From the NCBI RefSeq assembly GCF_001457595.1, contig NZ_LN831039.1, positions 3,000,001-3,032,000 of the forward strand: a DNA stretch of 32,000 bases. The letters run 5' to 3'. Below the pieces are notes generated by a model, which saw nothing but the letters and a program-made list of their open reading frames with translations, had not been told where the DNA came from and ran no database searches. This document shows, piece after piece, positions 8,727 through 17,420 of this stretch (within the stretch, counting starts at the first letter, position 1; each line of letters opens with the position of its first letter). The position numbers and the translations under genes are program-made. The DNA is from Mycolicibacterium smegmatis. GTDB lineage: Bacteria > Actinomycetota > Actinomycetes > Mycobacteriales > Mycobacteriaceae.

Positions 8727-10310
8727 TCAGATCGCGTCGGTTGTGGTCCGCGCGAACCGTTCCCGCAGCACCCGTTTGAGCAGCTTGCCGCTCGGGTTCT
8801 TGGGAAGCGACTCGACGAAGAAGACCTGTTTGGGTGTCTTGAAGCCCGCCAGACACGACCGGCAGTGGGTCAGCAGTTCGTCCTCGGTGAGTTCGGCACC
8901 GTCGCGGGTCACCACCGCGGCCACCACGGCCTCGACCCACGTCGGATGCGGCAGGCCGAAGACCGCCACCTCCTCCACGGCGGGGTGGCGGTAGACGGCC
9001 TCTTCCACCTCGCGGCTCGCGACGTTCTCGCCGCCGGTCTTGATCATGTCCTTCTTGCGGTCCACGACGTGCAACAGGCCGTGCTCGTCGTAGTAGCCGA
9101 GATCGCCGGAGTGGAACCATCCGCCGCGGAACGCCTCTGCCGTCTTGGCCTCGTCGTCGAGATAACCGAGCATCAGATGTGGGCTGCGGTGGGCGATCTC
9201 GCCGACCTCCCCGGGGGGCACGGGACGGTTGTCATCGTCCAGGATCGCGGTCTCGACGTTGATGACGGGGCGTCCCGCGGCGCCGGCGTGGGCGTCCTGT
9301 TCGTCGGGCCCCAGCGCCGAGGCCAGCGGCGCCATCTCGGTCTGGCCATAGAAGTTCCACAGGCGCAGGTTGGGCAGGCGCTCGCGCATCTCGGCGAGGA
9401 TCTCGACCGGCATCGCCGAGGCCCCGTAGTACCCCTTGCGCAGGCTGGTCAGGTCCACCTGGTCGAACACCGGTGAGCGCAGCAGTGAGATCCACACCGT
9501 CGGTGGCGCGAAATAGTTGGTGACGCCGTACTTTTCGATGGTCCGCAGCACCAGCTCAGGCTCCGGGCGGGGCAGGATGATGCTGGTGGCGCCCAGATAG
9601 ATGTCGGTGATGAAGAAGTTGTCCATCTGGGCGCAGTGGTACAGCGGCAGCGAGTGGATCTCGATGTCGGTGCCCTCCATGGACCCGGCGATGATGCTGC
9701 TGATGTAGTTGCCCATCAGGCTGCGGGTGGAGTGCATGGCACCCTTCGGGTGTGATTCCGTGCCGCTGGTGTACATCAGGCGGATCATCTGATCATCGGC
9801 CACATACGGGGCGGGGGCGGGGGAGTCCGTCTGCAGCCACCGGTCGAAGTCGGTCCATCCGGCGGGCAGGCCCTGGCCCGGCAGCACCAGCGCGGCGGTG
9901 GTGGTCACGGATCCGCCGAGGCGCATCGCGGCCTCTGCCGTGGGCACCAGATCGGCCTCGACCAGGAATCCGCCGGCTCGGCTGTGGCCCAGGATGAAGG
10001 AGATCTCCTCGGCCGTCAGCATGAAGTTGACGGGCACCAGCACCACGCCTGCGCGGGCCGTCGCAAAGGCCAGCACGGCGTACTGCCAGCAGTTGTGCGC
10101 CAGCACCGCGACACGATCGCCGACGCCGAATCCGTTGTCCTGCAGCGCCGCCGCGGCACGGTCGACGTGATGCTCGAACTTGGCGAAGGTCAACGTCACA
10201 TCGCCGTCGATGATCGCCACCTTGTCCGGACACCGGCGCGCCGAACGGCGAGGGATGTCACCGAGCGCGTGGCTGCGTGTCGATGCGAGCACGGCCTGGA
10301 GGTCTTCCAT
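8727..10310 (-). CDS. Acyl-CoA synthetase / AMP-dependent ligase (FadD-like)
   Basis: Track ORF 8727..10400, trimmed to ATG 10310 (MEDLQAVLASTRSH...). AMP-binding motif YTSGTESHPKG, GWFHSGDLGYYDEHGLLHVVDRKKDMIKTGGENV, and C-terminal PKNPSGKLLK. Confidence 0.9.
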   Translation of the reverse strand: MEDLQAVLASTRSHALGDIPRRSARRCPDKVAIIDGDVTLTFAKFEHHVDRAAAALQDNGFGVGDRVAVLAHNCWQYAVLAFATARAGVVLVPVNFMLTAEEISFILGHSRAGGFLVEADLVPTAEAAMRLGGSVTTTAALVLPGQGLPAGWTDFDRWLQTDSPAPAPYVADDQMIRLMYTSGTESHPKGAMHSTRSLMGNYISSIIAGSMEGTDIEIHSLPLYHCAQMDNFFITDIYLGATSIILPRPEPELVLRTIEKYGVTNYFAPPTVWISLLRSPVFDQVDLTSLRKGYYGASAMPVEILAEMRERLPNLRLWNFYGQTEMAPLASALGPDEQDAHAGAAGRPVINVETAILDDDNRPVPPGEVGEIAHRSPHLMLGYLDDEAKTAEAFRGGWFHSGDLGYYDEHGLLHVVDRKKDMIKTGGENVASREVEEAVYRHPAVEEVAVFGLPHPTWVEAVVAAVVTRDGAELTEDELLTHCRSCLAGFKTPKQVFFVESLPKNPSGKLLKRVLRERFARTTTDAI

Positions 10311-10429
10311 GCCAACGACCCTAGGACGCCTGCGCGACACCCGGACAAACCACGTCCCGCTCAGTAGAAGAGGCCCGTGCCGCCGCAGCGGGACAGCCAC
10401 ATACTCGGCGACACGACCAAGGAGGTTCG
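10311..10429. promoter_or_regulatory. Divergent intergenic region between the fadD-like operon and the BVMO gene. Contains a 7-bp inverted repeat and the BVMO SD.
   Basis: 119 bp separate two divergent starts. GTCCCGC (10354-10360) pairs with GCGGGAC (10388-10394). AAGGAGG SD at 10416-10422 lies before ATG 10430. No promoter hexamers could be assigned confidently. Confidence 0.4.
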
Positions 10430-12352
10430 ATGACGACCGATGCGACCGTGACCGCGGACGGCACCAGGCTGGATGCCGACGAACTGCGCCGTAACCTGCG
10501 TCAGGCCGACGCGGGGGTGCTGGTCGCGGTGCTGGCCCAGCTCACCGGTGATCCGGCAGTTGTCGATCGATTCGCGCCGGGGATCTCCCATATCCCGGAT
10601 CCCCCGGAACACATCGGTGTCGCGGACGACGAGACATTGGACCAGCTCGTCGAAGCCGTTGTGGAGGCCATGAACTCACCCCGGCCGCAATCGGCGCTGC
10701 CCGCCGACGACCAGGATCTGTTCCTGCGGATCGCACCGCTGGCCCTCGGCACCCCCGTCGGCCCGGAGTACGCCGGGCTGCTGTTGGAACAAGGTGGTTT
10801 TCACCCCTCGCAGCCGGTGCTGCCGCGGACCGCGAAGCTGCCGCCCGATTTCAAGGTGGTTATCATCGGCGCGGGCATCGCCGGTATGGCCGCCGCGCTG
10901 GAACTGGCCGATGCCGGTGTCGACTTCGAGATCATCGACCGCAACGACGAAGTGGGCGGCACCTGGTACACCACCACCTACCCGGGCATCGGGGTGGACA
11001 CACCGTCGGCGTACTACTCGTTGTCGCGTGACGTCAACGGTGACTGGACGAGCTACTACCCGCAGGGACCGGAGTACCAAAATTACCTGAGGGCCGTGGC
11101 CGACAAGAACGGTCTGCGCGACCGCACCCGGTTCGGCACCGAGGTGACGGCACTGCACTGGGACGAACAGCGCGCGCAGTGGCAGGTGCACACCGTCGGT
11201 CCCGACGGCCGTCGCGATGTCGGCCACGCCAACGTCGTCATCCCCGCAGCCGGTTACCTGAACCGGCCGCGCTGGCCGGATCTCGAGGGTCGGGAGACCT
11301 TCGGCGGAATCAGCATCCATTCGGCGGAATGGGATCCGGGCCTGGATCTCACCGGCAAGAAGGTCGCGATCATCGGGGCGGGCTGCACCGCGGTGCAGAT
11401 CGTGGATGCCTGCGTCGACCGGGTGGAACACCTCACGGTGTTCCAGCGCCAACCGCACTGGGTCGCGCCGCGCAAACGGCTGTCCGACGACGTTCCCGAG
11501 CATCGCCGGTGGCTCAACAACCACGTCCCGTTCCACGCCAACTGGGTTCGGCTGAAGTCGTTCTGGGGCACCGCCGACAACAACCACCCGGTGATCCTCC
11601 GCGACCCGGAGTGGGCGGCCGAACATCTGTCGATCTCGAAGGCCAACGATGTGCTGCTGCAGATCTGCCTGGACTACATCGACCGGACCTTCGGCGCGGG
11701 AAGCGAGCTCGCCGCCAAGGTCACACCTGATTTCGCGCCGTACGGCAAACGCATCATCCGCGACCCGGGCGGTTACTACGCCGCGCTGACCAAACCCCAC
11801 GTCGACGTCGAGGCCGCCGAACCGGCGCGGGTGAACGAGGCGGGCATCGTGACCCAGGACGGCAGGCAGATCGATCTGGACGTCATCATCTACGCCACCG
11901 GCTATCACCTCGACTTCCTGTCGACCGTCGACATCCGGGGACGAAACGGGGTGCGGCTCAGCGAATTCTGGGGTGACAGCCCCAGCGCCTACCGCGGTGG
12001 TCTCGTGCCGGGATTCCCCAACCTGTTCATCTCGTCGGCGCCCAACTACAGCCCCGGTCACGGCGCCGGACACAACTTCGGTGTCGAGGTGATGGTGCAC
12101 TACGTGATGGAATGCCTGCAGTTGATGGCCATCCGCGAAGCCACCACGCTGGAGGTCACCGAGGAGGCGTTCACCGACTACGTGCGGCAGATCGACGAGG
12201 CCATGCAGAACACAGTGTGGTGCCACACGCCCACGGCGCACACCTATTACCGCTCCGGCGGCGGGCGGATCGTGACGGCGTTCCCGTTCCGGCTGATCGA
12301 TGTCTGGCAGAGCCACCGCGCCCCGATCGAGGAGGACCTCACTCTCTCATGA
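10430..12352 (+). CDS. Type I Baeyer-Villiger monooxygenase with a long N-terminal extension (4-hydroxyacetophenone-monooxygenase size class)
   Basis: Track ORF, 640 aa, with a strong SD. FAD GxGxxG (IIGAGIAGMAAA) begins only around residue 145. VGGTWYTTTYPGIGVD, BVMO fingerprint FGGISIHSAEWD, second Rossmann IIGAGCTAVQ, and ATGY. Confidence 0.9.
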   Translation: MTTDATVTADGTRLDADELRRNLRQADAGVLVAVLAQLTGDPAVVDRFAPGISHIPDPPEHIGVADDETLDQLVEAVVEAMNSPRPQSALPADDQDLFLRIAPLALGTPVGPEYAGLLLEQGGFHPSQPVLPRTAKLPPDFKVVIIGAGIAGMAAALELADAGVDFEIIDRNDEVGGTWYTTTYPGIGVDTPSAYYSLSRDVNGDWTSYYPQGPEYQNYLRAVADKNGLRDRTRFGTEVTALHWDEQRAQWQVHTVGPDGRRDVGHANVVIPAAGYLNRPRWPDLEGRETFGGISIHSAEWDPGLDLTGKKVAIIGAGCTAVQIVDACVDRVEHLTVFQRQPHWVAPRKRLSDDVPEHRRWLNNHVPFHANWVRLKSFWGTADNNHPVILRDPEWAAEHLSISKANDVLLQICLDYIDRTFGAGSELAAKVTPDFAPYGKRIIRDPGGYYAALTKPHVDVEAAEPARVNEAGIVTQDGRQIDLDVIIYATGYHLDFLSTVDIRGRNGVRLSEFWGDSPSAYRGGLVPGFPNLFISSAPNYSPGHGAGHNFGVEVMVHYVMECLQLMAIREATTLEVTEEAFTDYVRQIDEAMQNTVWCHTPTAHTYYRSGGGRIVTAFPFRLIDVWQSHRAPIEEDLTLS

Positions 12353-13236
12353 CCAAACTGCTCAGTGGCAGAACGGCTCTGGTGACCGGAAGCAGCCGAG
12401 GGATCGGCCGGGCCGTGGCGCAGCGTCTGGCGGCCGAGGGGGCCGTCGTCGCGGTCACGGCACGCTCCTACGAGCCGTCGCCCTCGGTGCGGGCAGGCCA
12501 GGCGACGGCGTTGCCCGGCACCATCGGTGAGACGATCGAACTGATCGAGGCCGCCGGCGGAAAGGCCTTCGGCATCGCCGCGGATCTCGAGGATGCCGAG
12601 CAGCGCGCGGCGCTGGTCGACCAGGTGATCGAACGGACCGGTCGCATCGACATCCTGGTCAACAACGCCGGCTTCGCCGACTACTCGATCATCGAGGACA
12701 TGCCGATGGACACGTTCGACCGCACGGTCGAACATTATCTGCGCACGCCGTTCGTCCTCACGCAGGCCGCCGTACCGCACATGCGGAATCAGGGTGCCGG
12801 GTGGATCGTGAACATCGGCTCGGTGACCGGCCTGGCGCCGGTGCGGCCCTACCGCGAGTACAACAAGTCCTCCGGCGACGTCATCTACGCCTCCATGAAG
12901 GCTGCTCTGCACCGGTTCACGCAAGGTGTCGCGGCCGAACTGCTCGACGCCAACATCGCGGTCAACGCCGTGGGACCCAGCAGCGCGGTGCGAACTCCCG
13001 GCGCCGCCAGCCTGATCCCGGACACCTTTCCCACCGAACCCGTGGAATACCTCGCCGAGACGGTGCTCGCGATGTGCCATCGGCCTGCCGCCGAACGCAC
13101 CGGACTGGTCGCCTTCAGCCTGCACTACCCGTGGTCACAGGGTCTTGCTGTGCACAGCCTCGACGGCCGGGATCTGCTGCCGCCGCTGGAGCCGCCCGCG
13201 TCGGCCAACCCGAACATCCTGCCCGCGGGCATCTGA
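12349..13236 (+). CDS. Short-chain dehydrogenase/reductase
   Basis: Track ORF 12112..13236, trimmed to ATG 12349 (MTKLLSGRTALVTGSSRGIGRAVA...). NNAG and YASMKAA motifs. ATGA overlap with the BVMO stop (12349-12352). Confidence 0.9.
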   Translation: MTKLLSGRTALVTGSSRGIGRAVAQRLAAEGAVVAVTARSYEPSPSVRAGQATALPGTIGETIELIEAAGGKAFGIAADLEDAEQRAALVDQVIERTGRIDILVNNAGFADYSIIEDMPMDTFDRTVEHYLRTPFVLTQAAVPHMRNQGAGWIVNIGSVTGLAPVRPYREYNKSSGDVIYASMKAALHRFTQGVAAELLDANIAVNAVGPSSAVRTPGAASLIPDTFPTEPVEYLAETVLAMCHRPAAERTGLVAFSLHYPWSQGLAVHSLDGRDLLPPLEPPASANPNILPAGI

Positions 13237-13237
13237 T

Positions 13238-13858
13238 TCAGCTCAGCACCGGGCCGGTGATGCCGCAGAAGCTGTGGCACACCCGGTCCCGGATGATCAC
13301 GTCGGTGGTCTCCGGGTCGAACCAGCGATCCACCACGGCCCAGTGGATCGGGTGCATCAGATAAGGGCCCATCAATCCGGCGACGTCGGTGAACTCCTGC
13401 TCGAACACATGGGTCCACGTCGTGTCGCCGACGGCCTCGGTCACCTGGCTCAACTGCCAACTCAGGATCGTGCCGACATGGCGGGGCATCGCGGCGAGTT
13501 CGGCTTCGAAGCGGGCCACGGCGTCCGGATCGGTGCCCGGCGCAACCCGCAGCAACAGGGTGCGATAGACCGATCCCGTCGTGCCCGCGGTCACCGGTGC
13601 GCCGTGATAGGTCACGCCGTTGACCCGGGTGATCGCCGGATCGCGAAGCACCGCAGCGACTTCCGAGGCCTGGCCCCACTGGGTCTCGTCGGTGAAGCGG
13701 AAGTGGGCCAGGATGTCCCCGCCGTTGCGTGAACCCGGATCGGTGCACTCGACCACCCAACGGTGCGCACCGGCGGTGGCCGCGGCCTGCCGCAACGCGG
13801 CCACGACGCGGTCGCGGTCATCTGCGGTGACGTCGACCAGACGTGTCACGTTGAACAT
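13238..13858 (-). CDS. Tandem Dabb (stress-responsive alpha/beta-barrel) domain protein
   Basis: Track ORF 13238..14026, trimmed to ATG 13858 (MFNVTRLVDVTADD...), 206 aa. It has two barrel-sized halves of about 100 aa. The second half (SVYRTLLLRVAPGTDPDAVARFEAELAAMPRHV...YLMHPIHWAVVDRWF) is the clearer Dabb match. Confidence 0.8.
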   Translation of the reverse strand: MFNVTRLVDVTADDRDRVVAALRQAAATAGAHRWVVECTDPGSRNGGDILAHFRFTDETQWGQASEVAAVLRDPAITRVNGVTYHGAPVTAGTTGSVYRTLLLRVAPGTDPDAVARFEAELAAMPRHVGTILSWQLSQVTEAVGDTTWTHVFEQEFTDVAGLMGPYLMHPIHWAVVDRWFDPETTDVIIRDRVCHSFCGITGPVLS

Positions 13859-13863
13859 GGCAT

Positions 13864-14214
13864 TCACCCCTCGCACAAGATGTCGACATCGTCGGCCGCA
13901 GCCGCCACCGACCGGGTCCGTTCCTCCACCAGTTCGCCGATCTGCGACCACCATTCGCCCAGTGTCGGATCCGGCCTGCCCCGCCACGTCATCTGCCACC
14001 ACGCCTGCGGGCCGGGTAGCGACCACGTGACGGTGACGGTGTTGGACCGGTCGTCGAACCAGATCGGCGGGCTGACCAGCACCCGCTCAAGGGTCATGCC
14101 GCGGCTGCGGGCACCGGGGGCGTATTCGGCGAGGTATCTATCGACGAATACTCGTGCCTGACCGGGTTTGGTGACAACGCGGTCGATGACGTAGACGGTG
14201 GCGGTGTCGGCCAT
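13864..14214 (-). CDS. Small dimeric alpha+beta-barrel protein (NIPSNAP/EthD/ABM-like), function unknown
   Basis: Track ORF 13864..14352, trimmed to ATG 14214 (MADTATVYVIDRVVTKPGQARVFVDRYLAEYAP...), 116 aa. The stop lies 5 nt before the Dabb gene start. Family assignment by eye is tentative. Confidence 0.6.
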   Translation of the reverse strand: MADTATVYVIDRVVTKPGQARVFVDRYLAEYAPGARSRGMTLERVLVSPPIWFDDRSNTVTVTWSLPGPQAWWQMTWRGRPDPTLGEWWSQIGELVEERTRSVAAAADDVDILCEG

Positions 14215-14313
14215 GGACGAAAGACTATGAACTCCGTCGCCGGACTTCAGGCGCGCTCCCGGCCATCGGGAGAGCCGGGTCGATGCGGTTCGGCTGCGTG
14301 ACACGGTGATCGG

Positions 14314-15552
14314 ATGACCGACCTCAGCCCCGATCCGTTCGCTCCGGTTCAACTCGGTCCGGTGCGGTTGCGAAATCGTGTGATCAAGGCCGCCACCTCG
14401 GAAGGCCGCTCACCCGACGGCGTCGTCACCGATGACCTCATCGACTTCCACCGCGGGTTCGCCGAGGGCGGCGTCGGCATGACGACCGTCGCATACTGCT
14501 GTGTGTCGCCTCAGGCGGCGAGCGCACCCGGGCAGATCGTGATGGACGCCAAGGCGTTGCCGGGTCTGCGCAAACTCACCGACGCGGTGCACGGCGCGGG
14601 AGCGGCGATCTCGGCGCAACTGGGGCACGCGGGCGTCGTCGCCCAGAAGAAGCTCACGGGTGTGACGGCGGTGGCGCCGAGCCGGTTCGTCAACCCGACC
14701 TCGTTCGCGTACTGCCGGGCGATCACGCGCAGCGAGATCGCCATGGTGATCGATCAATTCGGTGATGCCGCCCAGGTGGCGGTCGACGCCGGCTTCGACG
14801 CGGTCGAGTTGCACTTCGGACATCTGTATCTGCCGAGTTCGTTCCTGAGTCCTCTGATCAACCGGCGCAAGGACGAATACGGTGGGGACATCGACAACCG
14901 GTCACGGTTCGTCCGCGAGATCGCCGGGCGGGTTCGCGAGGTCGTGGGGGACCGTGTCGCGGTGATCGCCAAGCTGAACATGGACGACGGCCTGCCCGGC
15001 AGCATCTGGATCGACGAAGCGCTGCGCACCGCGTCGCTGCTCGACGCCGACCAGACGTTGGACGCCATCGAATTGACCCAGGGCTCATCGGTGTTCAAGC
15101 CGATGTACCTGTTCCGAGGTGATGTGCCGGTGCGCGAGTTCGCGCAGGTGATGCCACCGGCGATGCGTCCGGCGGTGCGGGTCGTCGGCAAGAAGGCCAT
15201 GGGCTCTTACCCGTACGAAGATCTGTACATGCTTCCCGCGGCACGGCAGTTCGTTCCCGTCGTGCGCAACACCAAGCTGATCCTGCTCGGCGGCATCACC
15301 AACCGCGACCACCTCGAGACGGGGCTGCGCGAGGGGTTCGAGCTGATGGCGATGGGGCGCGCACTGCTGCGCGAACCCGACCTGGTCAACCGGATGATGG
15401 CCGATGCGGGAACGCGCAGCCGGTGCAACCACAACAACAAGTGCATGGTGACGGTCTTCGGCCGCACGCACTGTGTGCTCGACCCGGATCAGCACTACGG
15501 CGCGGCGATTCCGATGGATTCCACGAGAGCGCTGATGTCCGAACAGGCCTGA
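14314..15552 (+). CDS. NADH:flavin oxidoreductase, Old Yellow Enzyme family
   Basis: Track ORF, 412 aa. AQLGHAGV, and GFDAVELHFGHLYLPSSFLSPLINRRKDEYGG (the canonical OYE/ene-reductase block). TIM-barrel length, with no C-terminal Fe-S/FAD extension. Confidence 0.9.
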   Translation: MTDLSPDPFAPVQLGPVRLRNRVIKAATSEGRSPDGVVTDDLIDFHRGFAEGGVGMTTVAYCCVSPQAASAPGQIVMDAKALPGLRKLTDAVHGAGAAISAQLGHAGVVAQKKLTGVTAVAPSRFVNPTSFAYCRAITRSEIAMVIDQFGDAAQVAVDAGFDAVELHFGHLYLPSSFLSPLINRRKDEYGGDIDNRSRFVREIAGRVREVVGDRVAVIAKLNMDDGLPGSIWIDEALRTASLLDADQTLDAIELTQGSSVFKPMYLFRGDVPVREFAQVMPPAMRPAVRVVGKKAMGSYPYEDLYMLPAARQFVPVVRNTKLILLGGITNRDHLETGLREGFELMAMGRALLREPDLVNRMMADAGTRSRCNHNNKCMVTVFGRTHCVLDPDQHYGAAIPMDSTRALMSEQA

Positions 15553-16445
15553 GCGCGCGCCTGTCGGCACAGGTCCAGAGACGGCATCGTCATGAAACCG
15601 TGGATACCGCCCTCGAAGTAGCGCGTCACAGTGGGTACTCCCGCGCGCTCGAGGGCCTCCGCATAGGCCAGGCCCTCATCACGCAGCGGGTCGTGGCCGG
15701 CCACGACCGTGATCGCAGGTGGCAACCCGGACAGATCGGCGTGCAGCGGCGACGCGTAGGGATGCACGCGGTCGGTTGCGGCAGGAACGTACTGATCCCA
15801 GTACCACTGCAGCGCCGGGCGCGGGTTGTAGTGGCCTGCGCCGAAACGGCGGTAGGACTCGTTGTCGAAATCGGCGGCGATCACGGGGTACAGGAGCACC
15901 TGTCCGGCGAGGTCGGGCCCGCCGCGGTCACGGGCCATCAGGGCCGTGACGGCGGCGAGGTTGCCGCCCGCGCTGTCACCGCCGACCAGCAGAAGGTTCT
16001 CGGCACCGCCCAGATCGGCCGCGTGCGCGGCTGCCCAGCGTGTCGCGGTGAACATGTCGTCGGCGGCCGCGGGCCACTGCCCCTCGTCGGGGGCGCGACG
16101 GTAATCCACCGAAACGATCACGGCAGGAACACGAGTCGCGATGTCTCGACAGAGTTCGTCATGGCTGTCGAGATCGCAGAACACCCACCCGCCGCCGTGG
16201 GCCCACACCAGGGTGGGGAGCGGGCGGGTCGGGGTGGCGGGCCGGTAGATGCGCACCGCCACATCGCCCGAAGACCCGGTGGCGGTGGCATCTTCGACGG
16301 CGGCCATCGGCTGAGGATGGGCGGCCGGCCGGAACCTGGCTTTGATGGCGGCCCTGGCCTGCGCCCCGGTCATGGTGTGCACCGGGGGAAATCCCGAGTC
16401 GAGGGCCTCGATGATGTCCGCGATCTGCGGATCGAGCCCACTCAT
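15495..16445 (-). CDS. Alpha/beta-hydrolase fold-3 esterase/lipase (HSL family), second copy
   Basis: Track ORF 15495..17126, trimmed to ATG 16445 (MSGLDPQIADIIEALDSGFPPVH...). HGGG (WAHGGGWVF), GDSAGG and HGF motifs. ATGA overlap with the IclR stop (16442-16445). The 3' end overlaps the OYE gene 3' end by 58 bp. Confidence 0.9.
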   Translation of the reverse strand: MSGLDPQIADIIEALDSGFPPVHTMTGAQARAAIKARFRPAAHPQPMAAVEDATATGSSGDVAVRIYRPATPTRPLPTLVWAHGGGWVFCDLDSHDELCRDIATRVPAVIVSVDYRRAPDEGQWPAAADDMFTATRWAAAHAADLGGAENLLLVGGDSAGGNLAAVTALMARDRGGPDLAGQVLLYPVIAADFDNESYRRFGAGHYNPRPALQWYWDQYVPAATDRVHPYASPLHADLSGLPPAITVVAGHDPLRDEGLAYAEALERAGVPTVTRYFEGGIHGFMTMPSLDLCRQARAQACSDISALVESIGIAAP

Positions 16446-17326
16446 GCGAGCGCGAGGTTGGCAGCCGGGTGGCCGGCGGGGGTTCCCGAGGGACCGCCGC
16501 GCAGCGGGCGCATCTGCTGCAGGGTCGGCGCGACCCGCATCTCGGCGCCCTGCATGGCACGCCAGATGCCCAACGCGGTCATCCGCACCGGTGCGGCCAT
16601 GCGGTGGTCGAACACCATGCGGTTCATCGGTCCGCACACCGACACCGCCGCGACCGCCTGACCGGGATCGCCGATCGGGGCGGCCACGCAGCCCAGGCGC
16701 GGGAAGGATTCCTCGCGGTCGAACGCGATGCCGTGCGCCCTGACCTTCGCGAGTTCGCTGCGCAGCCGGCCCGAGTTGGTGATGGAGTACTTGGTGCGGC
16801 GCGCCAGCACATCGTCGGTGAGCGCCTCGACGTCGCAGTCGTCGGCGTAGGCCAGCACGGCCTTGCCGACCGCGGCGCAGTGGGCGGGCTGCCTGCCGCC
16901 GACACGGGTGGGGATGGCCGCGGCCATGCGGTTGCCGACCTTTTCCATGAACACCACATCGGGGCCGTCGAGCACGGCCAGGTGCACGACGAGTCCGGTC
17001 GCGGCGTGCAACTCGTGCAGCTTGGGGATCGCTGCCTTGTGCAGCCGGTCCTGGTGGACCGCCAGCGAGCCCAGCTCGACCAGGCGCATGCCCAGTTCGT
17101 AGTCGCGTCCGTTGCGGCGGAGCCACCTCAGTTGGACCAGTCGCTCAAGCATGCGGTGGGCCGACGAGCGGGGCAGCCCGGTACGGCGCACTACCTGGGC
17201 GAGGGTCAACCGGCCCGGACCGTCGAATGCGTCGAGGACGAGGGAGATGCGGTCGATGACGGCGCTGGGCGTATCCGCGGCTGCACCTTTTCCACTGGTC
17301 ACAGGCGATTCGACGGTGATGGTCAT
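16442..17326 (-). CDS. IclR-family transcriptional regulator
   Basis: Track ORF 16442..17338. N-terminal wHTH (LTLAQVVRRTGLPRSSAHRMLERLV) and an IclR effector domain. I prefer ATG 17326 (MTITVESP...) because GGAGGA lies 5-6 nt upstream. ATG 17338 is the alternative. Confidence 0.9.
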   Translation of the reverse strand: MTITVESPVTSGKGAAADTPSAVIDRISLVLDAFDGPGRLTLAQVVRRTGLPRSSAHRMLERLVQLRWLRRNGRDYELGMRLVELGSLAVHQDRLHKAAIPKLHELHAATGLVVHLAVLDGPDVVFMEKVGNRMAAAIPTRVGGRQPAHCAAVGKAVLAYADDCDVEALTDDVLARRTKYSITNSGRLRSELAKVRAHGIAFDREESFPRLGCVAAPIGDPGQAVAAVSVCGPMNRMVFDHRMAAPVRMTALGIWRAMQGAEMRVAPTLQQMRPLRGGPSGTPAGHPAANLALA

Positions 17327-17338
17327 GAGGTCCTCCAT

Positions 17339-17420
17339 TGGACGGGCCGTTACTACTAGTCGTCATATGACTAATAGGAATATGACTATCACACATATGT
17401 GCGCGGTGTCACGCTGTGGG
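17339..17420. promoter_or_regulatory. AT-rich putative promoter/operator region upstream of iclR
   Basis: A conspicuously AT-rich patch in a G+C-rich genome. Perfect 10-bp palindrome GTCATATGAC (17362-17371). ATATGACTA occurs at 17365-17373 and 17380-17388, and CATATG again at 17394-17399, so ATATG recurs with a 15-bp period. Confidence 0.4.

Noticed and set aside
10676-12316. 546-aa minus-strand ORF
   Set aside because: It is antisense to the 640-aa BVMO, which has all type I BVMO fingerprints and a strong SD. Shadow ORF.
14256-14272. Small hairpin CTCCCG-gccat-CGGGAG in the OYE / barrel-protein divergent region
   Set aside because: A 6-bp stem in G+C-rich DNA is expected by chance. There is no supporting context.
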